Positions 1-9,043 of a DNA stretch of 32,000 nt are shown in pieces. A model generated the notes under the pieces. The model saw only the letters and a program-made list of their open reading frames with translations. It was not told the origin of the DNA and did no database searches. The first letter of the stretch is position 1, and each line of letters begins with the position of its first letter. Location: contig NC_007484.1 in assembly GCF_000012805.1 (NCBI RefSeq), positions 1,080,001 through 1,112,000 on the forward strand, given 5' to 3'. This DNA is from Nitrosococcus oceani ATCC 19707. Its GTDB lineage: Bacteria; Pseudomonadota; Gammaproteobacteria; Nitrosococcales; Nitrosococcaceae. The position numbers were made by a program, and so were the translations under genes.

Positions 1-13
1 GGGTTATCCTTGG

Positions 14-1291
14 CTAGTTTAGAAAGAAATTCACTATATAATCCACATTATCCTGGTATCCCATATTTCCTAGGTGGCCACCTCGAGGATAAATCTTGGC
101 ACGGGATTGGAATACATCCTGCAGGAATTCAAGCTCACCGGGCGCAAGAATGGGATCGTCGGCATTCGTGATTAGACCAATTTTCTTATTTTCCCTGAGG
201 TACTCTTCGATGCTCTTGAGGCTGAGGCTGTGGATGAGTTGATTTCGAGTCAAGCTCGGATGGCGCGTTTCAAAGAAAGGAAAAAGATATTCATCGAAAT
301 AATTAAGAAAACCGATCCGGAGACTCACTTTAAAATAATCAGTCAGAGAGTCGGTGAGTGAAAGTTTTAAATTTTTTGGTTTCACATAGCCGGAATTGGT
401 TATAACGTCAGAGACAAATATCATATTAGCTGCGGACCAGCGGAAGGCTAGCCCAATGATGGCCTTTAACGTCTCTTTGCTGGGTTCATATCGTTGATAA
501 GCTTTATAGAAAAATGCATCGTTAAATTCTACTTGTTCTCCAGTTCTATAGATCTCGGTTAACCGATTGAGCACTTTTTTGATGAAGTCGTCCAGGTGTC
601 CCATTCCTCCTGGAATATTCTTGGCAAGCAGTTTATCCAGGATAGAGGCGGAATTATACAGGCTCACGGGAGGGTTAATCATTAATACTCTTTTAAAATT
701 AAAAATATGTTTTTTATCATCTATCTTGGCGACAAATGCAGCCTGAGCTCCTCCAAGGCTATAGCCTGTAAGATAAAAATCGGTGATTTCAATGTCATTT
801 CTTATCTGTTGCCAGGCAAGCTGCATGACCCGGTATAGATCCGCAGAGTCCTCAACAATATGGCCTGGTACCGAATAGGTCGAGGCGGAAGTAACAAAAT
901 TTGGATGGGTGGGAGAAGGCAATGAAAGTACATGAAAACCAGCTTGATATAAAGCTTTTTGTAAAATTCGCATGCCGGGCGCGGAGACGCTAGACCCTGT
1001 GCCTGAAATAGTAAAAATAAGGGGAGCTTTTTGTTCTTGGGAAGCTAGTGAGTACTTCAAACTTTCGGTATACCAAAGAATTTCTGGAATTTTTCGATTC
1101 TTAAAAACCGTTAGTTCTAGGGGAGTAATACTGATTTTATTGGGGAGAGAGGCTTGTAACTGGCCGGGAGTACCGATAACGGTAGCTTCATAAGGATTAT
1201 TGATTGGGTAGCCATAGGTTTCTGTATCAGCATAAAGAATTGCGCGGGGGGCAGAGAGAAAAATTAAAATGGTAATGATAAAGATTCTCAT
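14..1291 (-). CDS. exported alpha/beta-fold serine hydrolase (lipase/esterase-like)
   Basis: 425-aa ORF. The N-terminus MRIFIITILIFLSAPRAILYA is hydrophobic and signal-like. Nucleophile-elbow motif G-Y-S-L-G-G. ATG at 1291-1289 with AGGA about 10 nt upstream; TAG stop at 16-14. Confidence 0.7.
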   Translation of the reverse strand: MRIFIITILIFLSAPRAILYADTETYGYPINNPYEATVIGTPGQLQASLPNKISITPLELTVFKNRKIPEILWYTESLKYSLASQEQKAPLIFTISGTGSSVSAPGMRILQKALYQAGFHVLSLPSPTHPNFVTSASTYSVPGHIVEDSADLYRVMQLAWQQIRNDIEITDFYLTGYSLGGAQAAFVAKIDDKKHIFNFKRVLMINPPVSLYNSASILDKLLAKNIPGGMGHLDDFIKKVLNRLTEIYRTGEQVEFNDAFFYKAYQRYEPSKETLKAIIGLAFRWSAANMIFVSDVITNSGYVKPKNLKLSLTDSLTDYFKVSLRIGFLNYFDEYLFPFFETRHPSLTRNQLIHSLSLKSIEEYLRENKKIGLITNADDPILAPGELEFLQDVFQSRAKIYPRGGHLGNMGYQDNVDYIVNFFLN

Positions 1292-2061
1292 GGGTGCTTG
1301 TCCTGCGCGAGCTGGTTAACTGATAAAGGCTTGTTTGCTTATAAAGAATACGGGTTACAATACTTATGTTCATAACCATAGCGGGGTTGAATGGCCGCTG
1401 CAACTTTTTTTGGTTAGATACCGGGGAATTAGCCAGAAGGCTATTATGCCGAGAGGTGAATAAACCTTGAGAGAGATTATGGTCTCAAAAACCGTGTTAG
1501 TAATCTGACTATATAGTCTCCAGAGTTTTACCTTTTTGTGCTAGAGATTGTTAAAGCTGTGCTTGGAGTACTCTGTTTGCAGTAAGTAATACACTATAAC
1601 GATAAATTAAGGACGAAAGGATATTCTTGCTTTCTTCTGCCAGGGACCCTTCCGCTTTGTTGTTATCTGATATGATTCCATAGAAAATACTCTCCTATTC
1701 CAAAACCACACGCAAGGCGGGGGGTGTCCTCACTGTGTTTTTTGCAGGCAACTAGCTCCGATCTCTATTTAACCTACCAATACCGTTTTTTTTAGGTTCT
1801 CGCAATAAAGCCGACTCTCTCTCAGCACTGCTAACTGGAAATCCCTTTCCTTAGGAATGCCCGCCACTTACTGCTTGGGATTGGAGGGAGCGGGTAGAAA
1901 GACAGGAAGTGCCTGAATTTTTGATATCTACCAGGAAGATTCCTATGCTTCTATGGTTGGTAAGATTATTGCCAATATAGTATTATTTCTTAGTCCTTTA
2001 TTAGGGTTTCTGATAAAAATAGCTTTGCTGACGCCTTAACAAGATATACTTTCCTTATCTT

Positions 2062-2406
2062 TTATTCAGTAAACTCTAGAATAGACTCTTCTATGAGATG
2101 GGTTTCGAAATCGTTAAACTCAGTACGATCAATTTTCTGGTCGCCATTCTTGTCCACCTCATCAAATTTAGAGTACAGTTTCTCCCAGCTTTTTGCTTCT
2201 TCTTTGCTCAGATAGTTGTCTAGGTTTTTATCTAGTTCTGAAAAAGTAGGCGGCCGCGCAATCCATTGCTCTTGTTCCTCGCTTAGTTGTGGTGAATGCT
2301 GTTCTGCGTAAAGATTCATGCTTAGGAGGATCCCGGATAAAGGGATGACATAAATGAGAAAAGCTCTTTTGTTTATTGATTTAATGGGAAATATGCGTTG
2401 ATTCAT
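2062..2406 (-). CDS. exported EF-hand calcium-binding protein
   Basis: Start trimmed to the internal ATG at 2406, which has AAGGAAG about 9 nt upstream. Hydrophobic N-terminus. Two 12-residue EF-hand loops, DKNLDNYLSKEE and DKNGDQKIDRTE, fit the D-x-N-x-D...E pattern. Confidence 0.7.
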   Translation of the reverse strand: MNQRIFPIKSINKRAFLIYVIPLSGILLSMNLYAEQHSPQLSEEQEQWIARPPTFSELDKNLDNYLSKEEAKSWEKLYSKFDEVDKNGDQKIDRTEFNDFETHLIEESILEFTE

Positions 2407-2674
2407 AGCTATTATCTTCCTTATCATAAGTTCTACTAAAAGCATCAAGTAGTTATACTATTAAATAGATTTCTGTGTTGTATTGGTTGATATTTTTGCC
2501 TCCTATTCATTGTTCATACCTGATCTCGTGCCTTACAGATCGTCCGACTAAAAACTGATTTATGCCTTATTAGGCATAGGCAGTTCAAAGCATATAATAC
2601 AAGCGGTCGCAGCTATTTGAAGACGAACTCGCAATAAAAATATTTTCTTAAATATTACCTAAAAATTTGTGGCC

Positions 2675-2980
2675 TTATTGGGTTTTCTCTTTAAGGGCTT
2701 GGCCTGCCTCCTCAATAGTTTCCCTCGTCTTCTCAAACGCTTGTTTGGTAGCTTCTTGGGTATCCTCACTGGCTTCTTCTAGGTTCTTTTTAGTTGCTGC
2801 ATAGGCGTTCTCGGCCTTTTCCTGGACTGCCTGACCGGCCTCTTTTAAGCGCTCGCCTGTCGCCTCCATGGTTTGATCAATCGTTTCACCAGCACGCTCG
2901 GCTGATCCTTTTTGTTCGCAGCCGGCTAGCCAGGTACCGCATGCTAGCAGCAATGACATTATTATAAGTTTAGTTTTCAT
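2675..2980 (-). CDS. small lipoprotein, A/E/K/T-rich helical (LEA/apolipoprotein-like low complexity)
   Basis: Start trimmed to the ATG at 2980 (MKTKLIIMSLLLACGTWLAGCEQ). Lipobox L-A-G-C. The mature part is repetitive and rich in charged and alanine residues. Confidence 0.6.
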   Translation of the reverse strand: MKTKLIIMSLLLACGTWLAGCEQKGSAERAGETIDQTMEATGERLKEAGQAVQEKAENAYAATKKNLEEASEDTQEATKQAFEKTRETIEEAGQALKEKTQ

Positions 2981-3197
2981 AGTTTTTTCTTTGGCATTTA
3001 GTAAGCAATTGAATATGTTAAGTCTTATCATAAAACATACTAATTTTCACATAAATTTATAATGGCAGTAAACCCCATATGAGCAAGATAAATGGTAGCC
3101 ATAGAATTTAGGATTTCTGTTCGAAATATATGCGCTCTGATAACCTACTACATTACTAAATATCAAGAATTACATCAGCTGACCACCCCCTTTTGTC

Positions 3198-4324
3198 TTA
3201 CTCCAAGCTAAAGCGGTGCGGTGTCACTGCTTTAACATCGACGCCTTGTTCATGGCGTTCTGAATCGAGTTTTTCGTCTACTGCATCTGCCCGTACATGA
3301 CAAATTCCTTGCTCTCCCAGAGGATACTGTTGGGATTCAATAGAGTTTAGATTCTCTATCATCACGTTCATGGTAGCCTCGCGGCCGCCGAGATAAAAAC
3401 CTTGGCAAGGTCTTGACTCCAGGCCCGGAATGCCACATCAGCTACCGCGATTTCATCAAGCAATTGCTGATGACGGGTTGTCCCACTTGGCGGTGGCCTT
3501 CTGGGAGCCCAGGCCAGCCAGGACCAAAGGCGCGAGGGCTTCTTTACGATGGACCAGCAAAGCCCGCTGCTTGCCGCTGAGCTGATAAGACTCTAGTTTT
3601 GCCGTATTATTGGCAACATCATAAATCATGTACATGCCCAGATCTCTTGCTGACTGTCCAGAAACTTTTGAGAATACTTCCCGAACTCGGTACAAAATGA
3701 TCTTCCGGTTAGCGAAAGACATATTGAGGGCGCATTTCATGGCGGCGAAGTAGTCTTGACTTTCCGGTGAATGAAAGAGTACACATCCTAGCTCCCGATC
3801 CTGGATCCCTAGACCGTAAGCGCCTGCGATCATTCCTTCCTCTTCTGTCGGTTCTAAATCTTCCTTCCGGCCCAGACCGTGATCCACGCACCAGTGGGCG
3901 CCCCGTCGGCACAATATGTTTAGCGAAATTCAGAGCGGGATATTTTGAGCAAACTACTGCTTCCCACGCCTGCCGGTATTTGCTTGAAAAGCCTGTCCAG
4001 CAGGTTTTGACTAGACACATACCATAGTTAATATCAAAGCCAATCCCCCCTGGCGAGATTACGCTCCCCTTATTCACATCCATGGCGGCGACCCTGCCAA
4101 TAGGAAAACCATAGCCGAAGTGCCTATCAGGCATGCAAAAAGCGTATTGGGCGATTCCAGGAAGGCGGGCCACATTGCTGATTTGGTCATTAAACTGTTT
4201 CATCCATGGCGCGGATGATTTTTTCCATGCTATAAATTCGTCTTGGAACGGGCATTCCTGAGAAGAAAAGGGGGAGCTCCCAAAGAGTATCCGTAATCCG
4301 CTCTAGTTGGTTGAGAGTCGCCAT
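3198..4324 (-). pseudogene. rtcB: RNA-splicing ligase RtcB, frameshifted and internally deleted
   Basis: RtcB-like segments lie in different minus-strand frames:
- [31 protein letters not shown] (from ATG 4324)
- ...[32 protein letters not shown]...[17 protein letters not shown] (ORF 3709-4203)
- ...[35 protein letters not shown]...DLGMYMIYDVANNTAKLE...LLVHRKEA (ORF 3456-3914)
- RAFGPGWPGLPEGHRQVGQPVI and a C-terminal remnant ending near 3198.
The total span of about 1.1 kb is shorter than an intact rtcB. Confidence 0.75.
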
Positions 4325-4419
4325 AGGTTAAAAACGCCCGTTTGTTAGCGATGGATATAACCTATCATAGACTAAATCCAGCTAGTGCACGTTTGAGGAT
4401 ATAAAAATCCCTTGTCGGG

Positions 4420-4453
4420 GCTTATATTGGCGTCTTGAAGCGCCAATATAAGC
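4420..4453. repeat. perfect 13-bp inverted repeat (GCTTATATTGGCG / CGCCAATATAAGC) with an 8-nt spacer
   Basis: Read directly: arms at 4420-4432 and 4441-4453. It lies in the divergent intergenic region between the rtcB relic and the flavoprotein gene. No U-tract follows on either strand. Confidence 0.5.
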
Positions 4454-4584
4454 TTAAACTCTGATCCAGAAGAGCTTTCTTCTTTCACGGCATCACCTAA
4501 AATAGGCGACATTCTGTCCTGGAGGTCGCGGCGCCAAGGGCTAGCTGAGATATAGCATGTATCGTTCTGGCGGGTATTTTTATT

Positions 4585-5739
4585 GTGAAGATATTTGATG
4601 TGATTGTGGTAGGCGCTGGTCCTGGAGGATCTGCTGCTGCTTATGGATTGGCCGCCTTGGGCTTTAAGGTAGCCTTAGTGGAAAGAAAAACTTTTCCCCG
4701 TGAAAAGCTCTGCGGTGGTCTGTTGAGCGCCCGGGCGCAAAAAGAGTTTATGCAGATATTTGGAGAAAATAAGTGGCCAGCTATGGTGGAAAGGACAGCG
4801 CAAGGGGCTAGCTTTTATTACCAGACCCGTTATCTTAATGGGGTCCATGACCACCAGCCTTTCTTTTTCACTTCCCGTATCCACTTTGATGCCTGCCTGG
4901 CTGCGCTAGCAAGGGAGGCGGGGGCTTACCTTCTGGAAGGAATCGTCGTCACTTCGCTAGAAGCTGATGGCAAGGCGGTTCGCCTTAACAATGGAAAGAT
5001 GCTTAAGGCGGATTTCGTGGTGGGTGCGGATGGGGTTCGTAGCCGTATTGCTGAAGCAATTCTATTGCATACCGCTTCTAAAAAGAACCTCGCCTTGGGA
5101 CTGGAAATTGAAGTTCCTCTTGAGCTAACCACAAAAACCGTTGTCGATCCTGAAATTTATCTGGGCGTGGCGAAGTGGGGTTACGGCTGGATCTTCCCCA
5201 AAAAAGAAACCCAAACGGTGGGTATTGGCGGCCTGCTGACCAAGAATCCAGATCTAAAAAGTACATTTAACACGTTTCTCCGCCAGCACTACGGTTCCCT
5301 CCCCAACATCCGCTGTAAGGGATATCATCTCCCCTTTGGGAGTTATAAGCGGAATCCAGGACGGGCCAATATTCTTTTGGTGGGAGATGCGGCTGGCCTA
5401 GTCGAGCCCGTTACGGGAGAAGGGATTGCTTTTGCAATGCAGAGTGGGAGATTGGCTGCCAAAGCTATTGTCGCCGCAGCTGGTGCCGGGCAGCCTGAAA
5501 GCGCCTTGAAGTACTACCTTCGAGAGTATCAGTCAATAGTTAGCCTATTTTCCCAAGCGAAAATGATGCGATATTTGGTCTTTCCCGATCCGATGCAGCG
5601 ATTGTTTGTAAGTCTGCTTCCCCATAGCAAGGGTATGGTAAGAAAATACCTTGATCTCTTGGCGGGCGAAATCGACTATAAGGATTATATGCAATTGATG
5701 ATGAAAAAACTTGGAAGCCGGATAATTGTTGCTCGTTAA
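4585..5739 (+). CDS. FAD-dependent oxidoreductase, geranylgeranyl reductase family
   Basis: GTG start directly before the dinucleotide-binding motif DVIVVGAGPGGSAAA. Also carries ...PREKLCGGLLS and the C-terminal GDAAGLVEPVTGEGI motif typical of this flavoprotein family. Confidence 0.8.
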   Translation: MKIFDVIVVGAGPGGSAAAYGLAALGFKVALVERKTFPREKLCGGLLSARAQKEFMQIFGENKWPAMVERTAQGASFYYQTRYLNGVHDHQPFFFTSRIHFDACLAALAREAGAYLLEGIVVTSLEADGKAVRLNNGKMLKADFVVGADGVRSRIAEAILLHTASKKNLALGLEIEVPLELTTKTVVDPEIYLGVAKWGYGWIFPKKETQTVGIGGLLTKNPDLKSTFNTFLRQHYGSLPNIRCKGYHLPFGSYKRNPGRANILLVGDAAGLVEPVTGEGIAFAMQSGRLAAKAIVAAAGAGQPESALKYYLREYQSIVSLFSQAKMMRYLVFPDPMQRLFVSLLPHSKGMVRKYLDLLAGEIDYKDYMQLMMKKLGSRIIVAR

Positions 5740-5861
5740 ATCTCGCTACTAGAAATACGGTGGCTATTGGAATATTAGAGCACCATGGGCCATTTTGGTA
5801 GGCACTAGGGGATGCTCTTCCCCTATGCTGGTTGGAATTTATTGCTCAAGGAGGTTTTATC

Positions 5862-6860
5862 ATGAGTCATAATAATTTGTGTTTATTTGCTCTCGGTATG
5901 GGTACTTCCTTTGGTCAAAAAGTAAGTGAAAGGCTAGGTGTGGCCTTGTCCAGGTGCGAGGAAAGGGATTTTGAGGATGGTGAGCATAAAATCCGCTCTT
6001 TAGTTAATGTGAGGGAAAAAGATGTATTTGTTATTCAACCCCTTTATAGTGACTCGCGGCAGAGTGTTAATGATAAATTATGCCGCTTGCTGTTTTTTAT
6101 CGGCGCCTTGAGAGATGCTTCTGCCAAACGAGTGACGGCGGTACTTCCTTATCTTTGCTATGCCCGGAAGGATCGAAAAACCCAATTCCGCGATCCGGTG
6201 ACTACCCGTTATGTGGCCAAACTATTAGAAGCGGTTCAGACTGATCGGGTGCTGGCTATGGATGTCCATAATCTGGCCGCTTTTCAGAATGCTTTTAATT
6301 GCCGGACTGATCATTTAGAAGCACAAAAGTTATTCGTTGATTATTTTTTGTCTTCTTCGATACTCTCAGAGCGTGATAAGGTGGTAGTCGTTTCGCCAGA
6401 TGCAGGTGGAACGAAGCGGGCGGAGCAGTTCCGGGAAGCATTGAGCAAGGCTCTGGGAAAAGAGGTGACTACAGCTTTTATGGAAAAGCAACGTAGTGGC
6501 GGTGTGATAAGGAAGGGTGGGGCCATGGCAGGCGAAGTCAAAAATAGGATTGCCATCATTATCGATGATTTAGTGAGCACCGGCACAACTTTGAATCGGG
6601 CTGCTGAAGTTTGCCAGGAGCGGGGAGCAAAAAAAATCTACGCTGCGGCCACTCATGGCCTCTTTGTGGGGCAGGCTAATGAAATTCTAGCGGCTTCTGC
6701 TTTGGAAAAGGTGATCATTGCAGATACTATTCCTCCTTTCAGATTGAATGAAAAAATAATTAAGGAGAAATTACAGGTAGTGGATTCAGCCAGGTTATTT
6801 GCGGATGCCATTCAATGCGTTCATTCAGGGAACTCACTTATTGAATTATTAGAAATTTAG
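5862..6860 (+). CDS. prs: ribose-phosphate diphosphokinase (PRPP synthetase) family, divergent
   Basis: Start trimmed to ATG 5862, with AAGGAGG 7 nt upstream. Prs hallmarks present: [30 protein letters not shown] and the PRPP loop [13 protein letters not shown]. It deviates from the canonical YARQDRK and DLHAxQIQGFF motifs (here [11 protein letters not shown]). Confidence 0.75.
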   Translation: MSHNNLCLFALGMGTSFGQKVSERLGVALSRCEERDFEDGEHKIRSLVNVREKDVFVIQPLYSDSRQSVNDKLCRLLFFIGALRDASAKRVTAVLPYLCYARKDRKTQFRDPVTTRYVAKLLEAVQTDRVLAMDVHNLAAFQNAFNCRTDHLEAQKLFVDYFLSSSILSERDKVVVVSPDAGGTKRAEQFREALSKALGKEVTTAFMEKQRSGGVIRKGGAMAGEVKNRIAIIIDDLVSTGTTLNRAAEVCQERGAKKIYAAATHGLFVGQANEILAASALEKVIIADTIPPFRLNEKIIKEKLQVVDSARLFADAIQCVHSGNSLIELLEI

Positions 6861-6871
6861 TTGAACACCGG

Positions 6872-7528
6872 ATGGAATATGAAACCTCCCGCCGGATATT
6901 TTATCCACCTATTAAATATTGCTTTATTATCCTTTTCCTTCTTAGTTTGTTAACGGGCTGCGCAAGTACTCCGCCTGCCAGCACGGCAAATCTCTGTGTT
7001 ATCTTTGAAAAACAGCCGGAATGGTATGATTATGCCAAGGAGTCCGAAAAAAAATGGGGTACGCCAACACCTATTCTTATGGCCTTTATCCACAGGGAAT
7101 CCAGTTTTCGAGGAGATGCTCGGCCACCTCGGCGCTGGTTTTTGGGCTTTATTCCCCTGCCCCGTTCTTCTTCTGCTTATGGTTATGGCCAGATTCAGGA
7201 TCCTGCCTGGGAAGATTATCTGGGTGCCAATGGTGGCTGGTTTAAAAGCCGCGCCGATATGGAAGACGTTCTCGATTTTATCGGTTGGTATAATCATATT
7301 AGCGCCCGGCGACTAGGAATCTCCAAGCGGAACCCTGAGCATCTCTATCTGGCTTACCACGAAGGCCACCGGGGTTACCAGCGGGGAGCCTGGCGGCGGA
7401 AACCCCATCTGCGGCGGGTAGCTAAACGGGTAGCCCGGCAGGCCCGGATGTATGGGAGTCAGCTGAAAAGCTGTGAAGACCGTTTCAAATGCCGGAAATT
7501 TTATCAGTTTTGGCCATTTTGCCGGTAG
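6872..7528 (+). CDS. lipoprotein with lytic-transglycosylase (SLT)-like domain
   Basis: Lipobox LLTGC. E-S motif (IHRESSF), then GYGQIQ and AYHEGHRGY, resembling the family-1 SLT motifs ES / GLMQ / AYNxG. Lies 11 nt downstream of the prs-like gene. Confidence 0.6.
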   Translation: MEYETSRRIFYPPIKYCFIILFLLSLLTGCASTPPASTANLCVIFEKQPEWYDYAKESEKKWGTPTPILMAFIHRESSFRGDARPPRRWFLGFIPLPRSSSAYGYGQIQDPAWEDYLGANGGWFKSRADMEDVLDFIGWYNHISARRLGISKRNPEHLYLAYHEGHRGYQRGAWRRKPHLRRVAKRVARQARMYGSQLKSCEDRFKCRKFYQFWPFCR

Positions 7529-7613
7529 CGTAAACTCTACAGTGATAAGAAAATCTTCTTCCAGCGGGGAAAGGTTATACTGCTGGTTTGTTCGTTCGAT
7601 GGGTTTTCTATAT

Positions 7614-8159
7614 TCATTTAACATTTTTCTCGAAGAGAGTTAAATATTTTTCATATCCTTCCTCCCGCAGTTTTTCTACGGGAATAAACCGCAGAGCAGC
7701 GGAATTGATACAGTAGCGCAGCCCCGTTGGCGGCGGGCCATCATTAAAAATATGACCGAGATGGGAGTCCGCGTATTTTGATCTCACCTCGATCCTTTTC
7801 ATAAAAAAAGACCAATCTTCTTTGGTAACAATATATTTTTTATTGATCGGGTTAGTAAAACTTGGCCATCCCGTTCCCGAGGTATATTTATCCGTTGAGC
7901 TAAAAAGTGGCTCGCCCGAAATAATATCCACATAAATTCCAGCCTTGTTGTTATTCCAGTAAGCATTATTAAAAGGCGATTCTGTTTTCTCTTCTTGGGT
8001 GACCTGGTATTGTTGAGGAGTTAGTATGGTTTTGATTTCTTCTAGACTAGGCTTGTTAAAGGTATTTTCATTAAACGTTTTCTTTTCGCCATTTTCAGCA
8101 AATACTGTATTAGCGATTAACAAGGCTAGAATAAGAGAGAGAGCAGGTATTCTTTTCAT
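7614..8159 (-). CDS. msrB: peptide-methionine (R)-S-oxide reductase MsrB, with signal peptide
   Basis: Start trimmed to ATG 8159, with GAGGA upstream. Signal-like [21 protein letters not shown]. MsrB core [15 protein letters not shown]...GWPSF...[10 protein letters not shown]...RYCINS. Confidence 0.9.
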   Translation of the reverse strand: MKRIPALSLILALLIANTVFAENGEKKTFNENTFNKPSLEEIKTILTPQQYQVTQEEKTESPFNNAYWNNNKAGIYVDIISGEPLFSSTDKYTSGTGWPSFTNPINKKYIVTKEDWSFFMKRIEVRSKYADSHLGHIFNDGPPPTGLRYCINSAALRFIPVEKLREEGYEKYLTLFEKNVK

Positions 8160-8413
8160 GGCAATTATCCTCATAGCAGTTGTCAAGAAATTATATCCAT
8201 ATTAATTTAAAAAAACCGGGTTTGGGTCGATACGATATCATGGCATTAAAGGGAACCTATATAACGTGGGTTCTAAAAGTTTAGATGACGTTTTTTGCTA
8301 ATAATTTCATTTTTTCGGCTAAATCGTCATAATAGGATTTAATTATTGGCCTATTGCCGTTAAAATTAGTTATCGAAATTTAAAATTGGGATAGATTGAA
8401 AGGAGTTTTATAC

Positions 8414-8986
8414 ATGGCTAGAGCAAAAAAACCCTCTGAAATGGAAAATATGCGGGCAGAAAATCCTGTCACAATGTTAGAGGTTAAATTTGCTACAGTG
8501 CGGCAAAAACTACCTGCTGAGTATGAAAAAGCAATCACAGGAGCAGGGCGAGTATTGGCTTCCAGGATTAAAAAGCTGGATACTTTGAACGGCCGCCTTA
8601 CAAAGGCTAGGGAGCGGCTAGCGAAAGCGCGGGAGCAGCAAAAAATTAAGGCTACGGCCGCAGTGCAAGCCAGGTTCGAGAAAGCACGGTTAGCAGTTGC
8701 GGAGTTGAAGGTGGAGAGCGCTGATCTCCGTGCTGAGATCGTTGGGTTAAGGAAGGAAATCTCGAATCTTAAGAAGCGTTCCCGGCAGTTCCAAACTATT
8801 GAGAAAGCGATCCAAAAGCTTGAAAAAAAAGCAGCTAAGCCTCATAAGCCCCGGCGCAGAAAAAAAACCAAGGCCTCGGATCGGAAAATAGCCCTTGAGT
8901 CTCAATGGGAACGGTTTACTGCTGGCTCATCCTTAAATAAGGAGTCAGCGTTTGCTGAGCACGAGATAGAAGCTGAGGTTGAGTAA
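8414..8986 (+). CDS. basic K/A/E/R-rich coiled-coil protein, function unknown
   Basis: Start trimmed to ATG 8414, with GAAAGGAG 8 nt upstream. Heptad-like low complexity (KKLDTLNGRLTKARERLAKAREQQK...). Basic tail KPHKPRRRKKTK. Paralogous in pattern to 20150-20668. Confidence 0.6.
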   Translation: MARAKKPSEMENMRAENPVTMLEVKFATVRQKLPAEYEKAITGAGRVLASRIKKLDTLNGRLTKARERLAKAREQQKIKATAAVQARFEKARLAVAELKVESADLRAEIVGLRKEISNLKKRSRQFQTIEKAIQKLEKKAAKPHKPRRRKKTKASDRKIALESQWERFTAGSSLNKESAFAEHEIEAEVE

Positions 8987-9043
8987 ACCCGAATTTAGAC
9001 CATAAGCATAAATAACCGCCAGGGAGAGTCTTTTGGCGTAGCA

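Noticed and set aside
972-1193. 73-aa plus-strand ORF antisense to the exported hydrolase (similar small ORFs at 4675-5266, 6341-6586, 10806-11507, 12174-14795, 16874-17195, 17603-17842, 18203-18701, 26161-26769, 27329-27535, 28488-29305 and 29896-30633)
   Set aside because: These are shadow or alternate-frame ORFs within confidently assigned genes. None has a start signal or a recognisable family.
1607-1681. 24-codon ORF with a strong Shine-Dalgarno in the long intergenic gap
   Set aside because: It is too short to call from sequence alone and its conservation is unknown. It is mentioned in a finding but not reported as a feature.
3456-4203. Two overlapping minus-strand ORFs (152 aa and 164 aa) that could be read as two genes
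   Set aside because: Both translate to consecutive pieces of RtcB in different frames. They are fragments of one pseudogene, not separate genes.
6950-7624. Several overlapping ORFs (6950-7297 minus, 6996-7316 plus, 7054-7245 plus, 7313-7624 minus) within or next to the SLT-like gene
   Set aside because: They have no recognisable motifs and overlap a gene that has a lipobox and SLT motifs. They are shadow ORFs.
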